DNA of 64,000 nucleotides from Octopus sinensis (lineage: Eukaryota): NCBI RefSeq assembly GCF_006345805.1, contig NC_043014.1, forward strand, positions 32,984,001-33,048,000, written 5' to 3'. Positions 51,078 to 63,506 of this stretch are shown piece after piece. The position numbers were made by a program, and so were the translations under genes. The first letter of the stretch is position 1, and every line of letters begins with the position of its first letter. The notes under the pieces were generated by a model. That model was not told the origin of the DNA, made no database searches, and was given only the letters and a program-made list of their open reading frames with translations.

Positions 51078-53335
51078 ATCATCATCGCCGTCATCGTTTA
51101 ACGTCTGCTTTTCATGCTGGCATGTGTTGGACAGTTTGACTGACTGCTGGTGAGCCAGAAGGCTGCACCAGGCTCCAATCTGATCTGGCAAAGTTTCTAC
51201 AGCTGAATACCCTTCGTATTGCCAACCACTCTAAGAGTATAGTGGGTGCTTTTTACATGCCACCGGCATGAGGGCTAGTCAGGCAGTACTGGCATTGACC
51301 ACTCTCAAATAGTGCTTTTTACATACCACCAGCACGGGACCAGTCAGCTGGCACTGGCATCGACCATGCTCAAATGGTGCTTTTTACATGTCACTGGCAC
51401 GGGAGCCAGTTAGGTGGCACTGGCAACGATCAAGCTCAAATTGTGCTTTTCACGTGCCAATCAGGCAGTACTGTCATTGGCGACAACAATGACTTCACTT
51501 GACTCACCAGGTCTTCGCAAGCTCATTTTATTGCCCAATGATTGAAGGATGCTCTTAGATGGGCTGGTTATACTGCACTGGCATAGGCCACAGTTACAGT
51601 CTCACTTGGTTTGCCAGGTTTTCTCAAGGACAACATATCTCCAAAGGTCTCGATCACTTGTCATTGCTTCCCTGAGGTCCAACGTTTGAAGAACCTCATC
51701 CAAGATCTTCCTGGGTCTACCTCTTTCACAGGTTCCATCAACTGCTAGAGGGTGACACCTTTTCACATAGCTGTCCTCATCCATATGCAACACATGACCA
51801 TACCAGCACAGTCATCTCTCTTGCACACCACACCTGATGCTTCTTATGTCCAACTTTTCTCTCAGGGTGCTTACACTCTGTTGTGTATGCACACTGACAT
51901 TACATATCCATTGGAGCATACTAGCTTCATTCCTTGAAAGCTTATGCATGTCCTCAGCAGTCACAGCCCATGTTTCACTGCCATATAGCATGGATGTTCA
52001 CACTCATGCGTCATACAGTCTACCTTTTACTCTGAGCCAGAGGCCCTTTTTCACCAGCAGAGGTAGGAGCTCTCCGAATTTTTCCCAGGTTATTCTCATT
52101 CCAGTAGCTACACTCTCAGAGCATCCACACCTGCTACTGACTTTGGTAACAGGTAACAGAAGCTATCAACTGCTTCCAGTTTTTCCTCCTGGCACGTGAT
52201 GGAAGCTGTTTTCTGCACATTTTCAGTGTTCATTGCCCCTGAGTATTTGTCACACACAAAAACTATCTTCACAGTTAGCCTTCCCTTGATATTGCTGCAC
52301 CTCTTATGTGGCCATAGTTTACACCAGGTAACTCTTACGGAGTTTCTACCGCTGCCTTTTCTACAGATTGAGCAGGCCATCTACCTGAAGGGACTTGTGA
52401 TATGTGTGCCTTCCTACTTATTAAGACTTTGATTTTTGCTAGATTGATTCTAAGGCCCTTCGATTCTAGACCTTGCTCCCACACATGAAACATCTCCTCT
52501 AGTTCTCTAGTGACTCAGCTATTAGAGTAAGGCCATCAGCATAGAGAAGCTTCCAAGGGCATCTTGTCTTGAATTCCTCTGTTGTTGCCTGAAGGACTAT
52601 GATGAATAACAGGGGCTGAGGACTGATCCTTGGTGGAATTCTTCACTGTACTCGTTGCCAACCCTCACCTTACTGAGAGCATCCCTGTACATGACTTGTA
52701 CAGCTCTCACTAACCACTCATCTATCCCTAGTTTCCACACTGACCTCCAGATAAGGGATCAGGGGACCCTGTCAAAGGCTTTTTCCATGTCAACGAATGC
52801 CAGGTACAGAGGTTTATCTTTGGCTAGGCATTTCTCCTGCAGCTGTCTTACCAGAAATATAGTATCAGTGGTGCTTTTCCCTGGCACAAACCCAAACTGC
52901 ATCTCATCTAGACTGACTCTATCCCTAATTAGTTGGGCTATGACCCTCTCTGTGATCTTCATTACCTGATCCAACAACTTGATACCTCTGTAATTATTTG
53001 TATTTACCGTGTCACCTTTACCTTTGTAGCAGTTGACTATGGTGCTGCTACACCAATCATTGGGTATGACTCCTTCATGTATCATCTGCTTGACTATATG
53101 AGTGACTAGGCTATAGCCGACACCGCCAGATATTTTAAGCATCTCTGTAGTGATTCCTGATGGGCCAGGGGCTTCCCCTGTCTTCATAACCTCAATTGCT
53201 TTATCTATCAAGGTACTGTCAATTCAGATAGCTGTTGCTTCTGTTGGGTTGACATTCAGCAGACTCTCTATTTCCCATTCATTCTCTTCATTTAGCAACC
53301 TTTCATATTGGCATCTCCAAGTCTCATTAAATGCA
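51078..53335 (-). mobile_element. 5'-truncated, frameshifted RTE-clade LINE (ORF2 RT to 3' UTR and (GAT)n tail)
   Basis: KAIEVMKTGEAPGPSGI...NYRGIKLL...QFGFVPGKSTTDTIFLVRQLQEK...LYLAFVDMEKAFDRVP (52759-53211), HQGSVLSP, YADG (decayed YADD), RGRPRK...DRDLWR (51602-51793), then UTR. Confidence 0.92.
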
Positions 53336-53341
53336 AGTGAG

Positions 53342-53484
53342 CCATTATTTCTGTGTTCCTTTCTGTTGAAGAGCATAGGCTCAAAACAAAAGATTTTCTC
53401 ACTTCCCTAGCGTTAAACTAATACATCTGTGTGTTGTTTACACACCCATCCTCATCTTTTGTTTTGTTTTTTTTTATAAATTCC

Positions 53485-53490
<6 letters not shown>
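53342..53490 (+). mobile_element. Short repeat resembling Penelope-like terminal sequence. Other copies about 26870-27040, 28430-28610, 59060-59110
   Basis: Shared ttcctttctgtKgaagagcataggctcRaaac...cacttccc.agc.ttaaactaatacatctgt. The class assignment is by resemblance only. Confidence 0.45.
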
Positions 53491-53525
<35 letters not shown>

Positions 53526-53700
53526 CAATTGCAGCGTGAAAGGTATTTGTAAGCCATTTAAGAAACACACAAAAGCCGTTCGATTCACTTCAACATTTAA
53601 GTTTAATTTGTCAAATGGCTTACAAACACCTTCCACGCTGCAATTGTTTTCATTTCAGCACACGATCTCAGATCAAATCACTTGCTATACGAGTACATCT

Positions 53701-53776
<76 letters not shown>

Positions 53777-53834
53777 TGAGATTGTGGACAAATGAAAGAA
53801 GGGCACTCACCCAATTTATTGGGAGTTGCATGTA

Positions 53835-54728
53835 TGGATCAAAACAGTTTGATTCAAATTCATTGGTACTCATGAATTTCAAGCATGATGCTAGTTGTCA
53901 CCTATTTTGAATTTGACTGACAGAAGTTGATTGTTATTACGATAAAGTGGGCTGCGATTGGTTGTGGTTATATAGGTAACACTTAGTTGGAAAATATGGC
54001 ATGGTGAATAGGGAATTAACCACATGGAAGACAGGAAACAGACCATGGGATGATTAGGAAATCTGTCAGGTTTTTGGGGTGGGGTAAGTAGAAAGGGGCA
54101 GCTCCGCTCAAAACGTTAAACCCTCCTTCTTTCCTGAGCGTCCAATAATACTATATTTGTTCCACGTCCTCGCGTTGTTGTGTTTTTTTTGTGCTTTCTT
54201 GTTTGGATTAACTTTATATAGTTCTATATGTGGGTGAGTAGACATGCTCATATAGTTTTGCATGTATGTGTATATTGATGTATACACATACAGTCTGTAC
54301 ATGGGCGTTAATGTCTGTGCACATGCACACATACACTTGGACAAACATGCATGTGTGCACACACCTACACATGCATATGCATACATGCATATTTATTCAT
54401 ATGGACACACCCACATATGGGACTATATACTTGCACATGCCGCCCCTTCCTACTTCCTCCCCAACAACCTGACCAGTTTCTTAATTGCCACGTGGTCTAT
54501 TTACTGTCCTCCACGTGGTCAATTTCCTGTTCACCACGCAGTATTTTCCAACAAACTGTTACCCATATACCAACATCAAGCCACGACACCGCGTAACCTT
54601 GCTCAACCACTCACAGCCCACCTTATGGTAATAACAACAAACTTCTGTCATTCAAATTCAAAATGGCTGACAATTAGCATCATGCTTGAAACTCAAGAGT
54701 ACCAACGAATTTGAATTAAACAGTTTTG
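53835..54728. mobile_element. Pair of diverged inverted repeats (53835-54095 vs 54445-54728)
   Basis: ttcaaattcattggtactcatgaatttcaagcatgatgctag...gacagaagtt is matched in reverse complement by aacttctgtc...tagcatcatgcttgaaactcaagagtaccaacgaatttgaa. Confidence 0.7.
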
Positions 54729-54747
54729 ATCTATATATATATATATA

Positions 54748-55880
54748 AGTAGCTTACTTACCAACCACATGGTTCCAGGTTCAGTCCCACTGCGTGGCAT
54801 CTTGGGCAAGTGTCTTCTACTATAGCCTTGGGTCGACCAATGCCTTGTGAGTGGATTTGGTAGACGGAAACTGAAAGAAGCCCATCGTATATATGTATAC
54901 ATGTATGTGTGAGTGTTTGTGTGTCTGTGTTTGTCCCCCTAGCATTGCTTGACAACCGATGCTGGTGTGTCACTTAGCGGTTCGGCAAAAGAAACCGATA
55001 GAATAAGTACTGGGCTTACAAAGAATAAGTCCCGGGGTCGATTTGCTCGACTAAAGGCGGTGCTCCAGCATGGCCGCAGTCAAAATGACTGAAATAAGTA
55101 AAAGAGTATATAGGCGCAGGAGTGGCTGTGTGGTAAGTAGCTTGTTTACCAACCACATGGTTCCGGGTTCAGTCCCACTGCGTGGCACCTTGGGCAAGTG
55201 TCTTCTACTATAGCCTCAGGCCGACCAAAGCTTTGTGAGTGGATTTGGTAGACGGAAACTGAAAGAAGCTCGTCGTATATATATATATATATGCGTTTGT
55301 GTGTCTGTGTTTGTCCCCCTAGCATTGCTTGACAACCGATGCTGGTGTGTCACTTAGCGGTTCGGCAAAAGAAACCGATAGAATAAGTACTGGGCTTACA
55401 AAGAATAAGTCCCGGGGTCGATTTGCTCGACTAAAGGCGGTGCTCCAGCATGGCCGCAGTCAAAATGACTGAAATAAGTAAAAGAGTATATAGGCGCAGG
55501 AGTGGCTGTGTGGTAAGTAGCTTGTTTACCAACCACATGGTTCCGGGTTCAGTCCCACTGCGTGGCACCTTGGGCAAGTGTCTTCTACTATAGCCTCAGG
55601 CCGACCAAAGCTTTGTGAGTGGATTTGGTAGACGGAAACTGAAAGAAGCTCGTCGTATATATATATATATATGCGTTTGTGTGTCTGTGTTTGTCCCCCT
55701 AGCATTGCTTGACAACCGATGCTGGTGTGTTTATGTCCACATTACTTAGCGGTTCGGCAAAAGAGACTGATAGAATAAGTACTTGGCTTACAAAAGAATA
55801 AGTCCCAGTGTCGAATTGCTCGATTAAAGGCAGTGCTCCAGCATGGCCGCAGTCAAATGATTGAAACAAGTAAAAGAGAG
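54748..55880 (+). mobile_element. Tandem trimer of SINE family B with an exact 380-bp internal duplication
   Basis: gtgtctgtgtttgtccccctagc at 54921, 55301 and 55681; taggcgcaggagtggc at 55111 and 55491. Confidence 0.92.
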
Positions 55881-56344
55881 AGAAAGATATATATATATAT
55901 ATATATATATATAATAATACTGTAATTGTTCCATTGTTGTTGTTTTTTTGTTTTCCCGTTTGGATTATAATTATATATATATATATATATATATAAGCAT
56001 ATGTTTGGCAAAAAAAAAGAATGACCATCCTGAAATATAGCAATATATAGATAAATAAATATGGCCCAGTGGTTAGGGCAGCGGACTCGCGGTCATAGGA
56101 TCGTGGTTTTGATTCCCAGACCAGGCGTTGTGAGTATTTATTGAGCGAAAACACCTAAATCTCCACGAGGCTCTGGCAGTGGGTAGTGGTGATCCCTGCT
56201 TCTTTCAGTTTCCATCTACCAAATCCACTCACAAGCTTTGGTCGACCCGAGGCTATAGTAGAAGACACTTGGCCAAAGTTCCACGCAGTGGGACTGAACC
56301 CGAACCATGTGATTGATAAGCAAGCCACTCCTGCGCCTGAATAA

Positions 56345-56731
<387 letters not shown>

Positions 56732-57531
56732 GTATGTGTGTGTGAAGCCCAGTGGTTAGGGTGTTGCACTCATGATTTGCAAGATTGTGGTTTTGACTCC
56801 CACACCAGGTAGTGTGTTGTGTTCTTGAGCAAAACACTTCATTTCACATTGCTCTATGATCATTTCAACATCTGGTGCAGAGCACTCTTCTGCATCTGTA
56901 CAGGTAATGTCAATTTGATAGAGGGTGTGGGCGTATGTGATCACAAACATTACATCAGATACATGCACATATGCATATGTGTGTATGTATATATTTTTTG
57001 GCGCTGGAGTGGCTGTGTGGTAAGAAGCTTACTTCCCAACCACATGGTTCTGGGTTCAGACCCACTGCGTAACACCTTGGGCAAGTGTCTTCTACTGTAG
57101 CCTTGAGTCGACTAAAGCCTTGTGAGTGGATTTCGTAGACGGAAACTGAAAGAAGCCCATCATATATATATATATATATATCTAGATATATATAAATATA
57201 TATATTTATATATATATATATATGTTGGTGTGTTTACGTTCCTGTAACTTAGCAGTTCAGTAAAGCAGAGTGATAGAATAAGTACTAGGCTTGCAAACAA
57301 TAAGTCCTTGGGTTGATTTGTTTGACTAAAGGCAGTACTCCAACATGGCCACAGTCAAATGATTGAAACAAGTAAAAGAATAAATATATATAGAGAGAGA
57401 GCACACACACAATGTGATTTCTATTAACCTCAGCACTCAACTTGTACTTTAATTTTATAAACTTGGCATGATAGAAGCGGAATTTGATGTTGCTGAGATT
57501 GAACTCAGATTCTACCTTTTCTTTTATATAG

Positions 57532-57615
57532 GTGTGAAGCCATTCAAATGTGGTCAATGTGATTATTCAACTGTAGAACGAAGTCATCTTAAAGTTCACA
57601 TTCGCATTCACACAG
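57532..57615 (+). CDS. Single C2H2 zinc finger exon (G)VKPFKCGQCDYSTVERSHLKVHIRIHT(G)
   Basis: Acceptor cttttcttttatatag, donor gtaaag, 84 nt, phase 1-1. Splicing to 38225 rebuilds a canonical HTGVKPF linker. No further exon was recognised before 64000. Confidence 0.93.
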
Positions 57616-60503
57616 GTAAAGTGTCTTTTTTGTTCTTGATATTTGCTCTTGTTTTGTCGAAAAGAAAAATATTTAATTTCAATTACTTAAATCCCCAAGA
57701 AAGAGTCTTTCTAGGGGCACAAAAAACTGTGAACTCCTCATGTGTATGTGTGCTGCCAATGATGCAAAACCCTATTTGATGGTTTCATGCTGCCAGCTTT
57801 GTATGGGTGACTCTACTGCACTGAAAAATGATGTTTTTAAGTATTTTCATCACCCAGTCAAGTCTGCTTCTATGAAACTTTTGGGTACAGATTTGTATTC
57901 CTAATTCTGCACACTTCTAAATTTATGAATGCATTGAACACATCATTTTCATTTCTTTACTACCCACAAGGGGCTAAACACAGAGGGGACAAACAAGGAC
58001 AGACAAACGAATTATGTCGATTATATCGACCCCAGTGTGTAAATGGTACTTAATTTATCGACCCCGAAAGGATGAAAGGCAAAGTCGACCTCGGCAGAAT
58101 TTGAACTCGGAACATAACGGCTACGCATTTCGCCCGGCGTGCTGACGTTTCTGCCAACCAAAGCATAAAACTGTATACATGCATGTATATGTATGTGTAA
58201 ACTATCTTTAGCCTCCTTAAGAGCATCTAATCCTTCTAACATGCCTATTGCTCTCCCCTCTGTCATCCTTGCCACTGTCATCCATGTCTCTATCACCCTT
58301 ACCTTTATCATGTCTCTGGGACTCATATCCCTATTGCTCATCTTTCAATCATTCTCTCTTCTCACCCTCACTGTACTATGCTGCCAGTATGATAAAGGAT
58401 AGCAAGATGGAAAGCTAGCAGAATCATTAGCACGCCTAGCAAAATGATTTGTGGCATTTCATCTCTTCTTATGTTTTGAGTTCAAAATCCACCAAGGTCG
58501 ACTTTGCCTTTTGTCCTTTTAGTGTCGATAAAATAAGTACCAGTTGAGCACTGGTAATCAACTTACTCCTTCATGATAAATTGCTGGCCTTGTGCCAAAA
58601 TTTGAAACCAATATGATAAACGATAGCTGTGGATCTCTTCAACTCTCTGTACATTGCTTTCAGTGTAACAGGGGATGCTGTAGGACTTAGCTAACCTTCT
58701 CTATAATACTCCACTCCTCCATCTTTCATCCTTATTACCCTGACTCTCTCATCACATTGAAGTATATACTTAGGAGATCTCCTCAGACCTGCATGTACCC
58801 CACACATACACTATCTGTACTCTCCATTGACCATTTGGTATTAATGTCCATCATTCACTCACATATATCCACCTTTTGCTATCTATTGCTCTCTCATCCC
58901 AGTCCTATTTAGTACTGGGTTATGATAAAATGCTCCCACTACACTCTTCTATAAAGTGGCTGGTACTTGGAAGTGCATCCAACCATAGAAACAAAGCAAA
59001 CAAATTTACAAGTGCCACCAGCACAGAAGCCAGTCAAGGTCTGTTGACCCTGAGTGTTATACTAAATACATCTGTTTGTTTTCTACACCACCTGTCTTCG
59101 TCTTTTACAATACATATATGTGTGAAGAAGTGCCACTTCCAAACAGTTGAAAGAGTCCAGGGTAGAAGTAGACCCAGGAAGACATGGGATGAGGTGGTCA
59201 AGCATGACCTTCAAACATTGGGCCTCACAGAGGCAATGACGAAAGACCGAGACCTCTGGAGATATGCTGTGACTGCGAAGATCCGACAAATAAAGTGAGT
59301 CCACGGCATATCCTACACCTGCTTCACATAACCAGCCACAGCCATTCAAAGTACCTTGGATCATAGGACAACCTGCTGTGCTTACCTTGGATTGTAGGGT
59401 GACTTGCTCTGCTTGAGGAAACCTATTGAGTCAAGTACATCTACATCAACATCAAAATAAAAATCAAATGCAAATTGTAGTTGTGATACCCGTGCCGGTG
59501 GCACATAAAATGCACCATCCGAACGTGGTCGATGCCAGCACCGCCTTGACTGGCTTCCGTGCCGGTGGCACATAAAAAGTACCAACCGATCATGGCCACT
59601 GCCAGCCTCCCCTAGGCACATAAAAAGCACCCACTACACTCACAGAGTGGTTGGCATTAGGAAGGGCATCCAACTGTAGAAACACTGCCAGATCAGACTG
59701 GAGCCTGGTGCAGCCTCCTGGCTTCCCAGACCTCGGTCGAACCGTCCAACCCATGCTAGCATGGAAAACAGCCGTTAAACAATGATGATGATATATATAT
59801 TAATATAAGGTATAAACATTTAGTATAAAGAGTGTGAGATATATTGTATACTCTGTGTATTATGTAAAGTACAGAGAATGATTCCAGTGCAGAAAGTTTA
59901 TAGACAATCCTCCAAAGAGTTGGTTGAAAACTTAGATTTTCTTACTTGAGATATTGTTGAGTGCTCATTTCCCACCCCTCAGTAAGTTCCCCCGACTCTG
60001 CTTGATCTTCAGTTTCTGCAGGTCAGTATCTGAATACAGGTTGAGCCACCTTCAGAAGCTGTCAGGCCTCAAAATTTCATATAAGTATGTAATTTATCAT
60101 TGCATACATCTGTTTGCAGCTCTTAAACTAAATCTCTTTCACTTCCACCCCCATATGTGTGTGGATATATATATATGATACCAGTGACTTAATGGGGATG
60201 GTATTCAGCTCACAATCCTAAGGTCGTGAGTTCTATTATTGGCACCATGTTGTGTCCTTGAGCAAGACAATTTATTCTATGTTGCTCCAGTCCACTCTGC
60301 TGGCAAAAATAAGTAGTACCTGTATTTCAAAGGGCCAGCCTTGTCACACTCTGTGTCACACTGAATCTTCCTGAGAACTACATTAAGGCTATGCATGTCT
60401 GAGGGGTACTCAACCTCTTAAACATTAATTTCAAGAGCAGGCTGTTCCATTAATCTGATCAACTGGAACTCTTGTTGTTATAACCAACAGTGCCAGTAAT
60501 ATA

Positions 60504-60534
<31 letters not shown>

Positions 60535-60838
60535 CACTTAGATATAGTTTACTTCTATTCAGACATCAATACACAGAAGTTCAGACCTGGGTCAAGCAGG
60601 GTTGCATGCCATCAGCAAGGGTCACAATGCAATGAAAATAGTTAGATCTGAACTTATGACCATAGTTGCAGTAATCTAGAATCTTATATCATAACTACTG
60701 TACATCATAAAGATTGCAGGTTTCACCTGTTGCTTCTGTTTTTGTTACGTTATGTTATGTCCTGTAAGAATTATCTTTCTTATCTTCTACCACCTCACCA
60801 CATTATCCTGCTATGTTATGCCGCCGTTTTGATCCAAT

Positions 60839-60873
<35 letters not shown>

Positions 60874-60959
60874 TTTTGCCCCTCTAATAATTTTTTTGAA
60901 CTAACACACATTATTAAATTTTTCGTGGTTAATTATGGTCATAATGATCGGATTGCCAT

Positions 60960-61330
60960 TCATAGGTGATGGGCAGTAGGAGCTTAAATCAGATGCTAGA
61001 ACTGCAGGTGCTGGCTCAGCAATGTACCAGCTTCAGCATTTGATTCTCAGAAAAGGAGAGTCAGATCAAAAAAGAGCCAAACTTGCTATCTTCAATTCGG
61101 TTTCCATGCTTATCCTTACCTATGGCCATGAATGTTGGGCAATGACCAAAAGATTACAATCACGAATACAAGTGGCCAAAATAGGGTTCCTCTGAAGGAT
61201 CCCTAGAATAATGTTGCTCAGCAGGGTATGTAGCTTAGGGATCAGAGTCTCTCCAAGTCATACCAGTATTTCTCTGCATTTAGCGATCACAGCTCCAGTA
61301 CAACAGGCATGTGATTAGAATGTCGTAGGA
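60960..61330 (+). mobile_element. Decayed RTE-like LINE ORF2 C-terminal fragment (third family)
   Basis: Reads KLAIFNSVSMLILTYGHECWAMTKRLQSRIQVAKIGFL*, a typical post-RT region. Confidence 0.7.
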
Positions 61331-62517
61331 AGGAGTCACAAAACAGATTCCTTAACCAATATCTGGCCAAAATATTCTCTCTGTTATATTCAAATTGGTC
61401 AGATCCAGCCTTTCACATCTATCCTACTATGTCATTCTAAAAACAATCACATCATCAGAATGTCAAAGCTATGGGATAATGCATGATTAATTCTAAAAAT
61501 ATGTATAAATAAGCATTGCATTTGACAGTATTATCCAAATACTAAAGGGTTAAGTAGAATCTCTGTACAATAATGTAGTCTGAAAATACCAAAAGATAAT
61601 CATAAATGGAAAGCCTTTGACCATAAGTCTGCTAGATCAGGGCTGACCTGGGTCTAAACAGCAATAACCACATTATCTTCTAATTCTTTAACCCTTTAGC
61701 ATTTCAACTGGTCATCTTCAGCCAAAATATTCTACCTGTTTTATGGTTCAAACTGGCCTGATTGAGCTTCTCACACTGAGCCTGCAATGTCATTCTAAAG
61801 ATAAACAATCACATCATCAGAATCTTGAAACTACAAGATAATGCATGATTAAATCAAAACAATGTGAATAAATAAGGATTACATTTGATAGAGTAATCAC
61901 AAATGGAAAGCCTTTGATCATAAGCCTGCTAGATTATGGTTGACCAGGGTCTAGGCAGTAATAACAACATAGCCCTTCAATTCCTTAACCCTTTAGCATT
62001 TAAACTGGCCAAAATATTCTACCTGTTTTATTGTTATATACATTTATATATATAAGGTAGAGAATATTTAGTGGAGAAACACATGTGGTGGATATATATG
62101 CAGGAGTGGCTGTATGGTAAGTAGCTTACTTACCAACCACATGGTTCCGGGTTCAGTCCCACTGCGTGGCACCTTGGGCAAGTGTCTTCTACTACAGCCT
62201 CAGGCCGACCAAAGCCTTGTGAGTGAATTTGGTAGGCAGAAACTGAAAGAAGCCTATCATATATATATATGTGTGTGTGTATGTATATGTTTGTGTGTCT
62301 GTGTTTGTCCCCTCCATACACCCACCCACCCAACATCGCTTGACAACCGATGCTGGTGTATTTACATCTCTGTCACTTAGCGGTTCAGCAAGAGAGACTG
62401 ATAGAATAAGTACTAGGTTTACAAAGAATAAGTCTTGGGGTCGATTTGCTCGACTAAAGGCAGTGCTCCAGCACGGCCGCAGTCAAATGACTGAAATAAA
62501 TAAAAGAATAAAAGATG

Positions 62518-62820
62518 AAAAAACACAGAAGATTTGTTTTACAAGATTTAAGAGTATATTAGAGCCATGATTATAAAGATATTATACAATTTTGTACAAA
62601 ATAAGGTTTTGTTCTTTTAACATAATTGAAGTAAGGACTGGTTTTGCATTGCTCATCAAGCTTAGAGTTGACTCAGTTTGATGAGCAATGTAAAACCAGT
62701 TCTTATTTCAACAATGTTGAAAGAACAAAACCTTATTTTGTACAAAATTGTACAATATCTTTATTATCATGGCTCTAGTATACTCTTAAATCCTGTAAAA
62801 CAAATCTTCTGTGTTTTTTA
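62518..62820. repeat. Palindrome with about 145-bp imperfect arms and an 18-nt loop
   Basis: aaaacacagaagatttgttttac...ttgctcatcaa / ttgatgagcaa...gtaaaacaaatcttctgtgtttt. Confidence 0.92.
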
Positions 62821-63335
62821 ATCGTTTCTCTTTCCATATTTATATATATATTGGTACGTAAAAAGCACTATCCGAATCGTGGCCGATGCCAGCGCCGCCT
62901 CGACTGACTTCTGTGCCGGTGGCACGTAAATTGCACCAATCCGACCGTGGCCGTTGCCAGCCTCGCCTGGCACCTGTGCGGGTGGCACGTAAAAAGCACC
63001 CACTACACTCACGGAGTGGTTGGCGTTAGGAAGGGCATCCAGCTGTAGAAACATTGCCAGATAAGACTGGAGCCTGGTGCAGCCTTCTGGCTTCCCATGC
63101 TAGCATGGAGAACAGACGTTTAAACGATGAACGAATATCAGGGTAATAAAGATTTTAGAATTTTTTATTACCAGTATTTGTATAGAAAAATTAGTCAATA
63201 GACTATATATTATACATATAAAATACAGTGTACATTTAAACACATAAGGGGTGTTCATCATAGGACTCCCTTACACTAGAATGAACAGCTAAAGTCCAAA
63301 CCACTAATTAGGGATAAAATTTTAAAGGGAATGAA

Positions 63336-63506
63336 AAATAAAAACATTTACCATCTATTTCCTGGACCATGGTTTCAGACTTTTTATGAGCAATGCGAAA
63401 CTGGTCCTTACTTCAATTATGTTAAAAGAACAAAACCTTATTATTTTATTTACTAAAAAAAGTCTGAAACCATGGTCCAGGAAATAGATGGTAAATGTTT
63501 TTATTT
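63336..63506. repeat. Hairpin with perfect 50-bp arms
   Basis: aaataaaaacatttaccatctatttcctggaccatggtttcagacttttt (63336-63385) and its exact reverse complement (63457-63506). Confidence 0.92.

Noticed and set aside
45513-51153. Dozens of Tyr/Ile/Met/Val/Cys-rich ORFs (likewise at 3-203, 1185-1394, 25537-26171)
   Set aside because: They are translations of TA/TATG/TG microsatellites that happen to lack stop codons.
57468-57779. 103-aa ORF as a stand-alone gene
   Set aside because: Only 57532-57615 is zinc-finger coding; the flanks are intron, and the upstream part is a decayed SINE.
59490-59640. CRISPR-like pattern: palindromic about 25-bp repeats with 30-45-bp spacers (also 19460-19620, 51240-51480, 62850-63010)
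   Set aside because: The spacers recur between loci and resemble one another, there are no cas genes, the context is eukaryotic, and the array is part of an RTE LINE 3' UTR.
61350-62035. About 295-bp periodicity as a functional array
   Set aside because: It is an old, diverged tandem duplication of a piggyBac-like MITE piece plus an adjacent repeat fragment; nothing suggests function.
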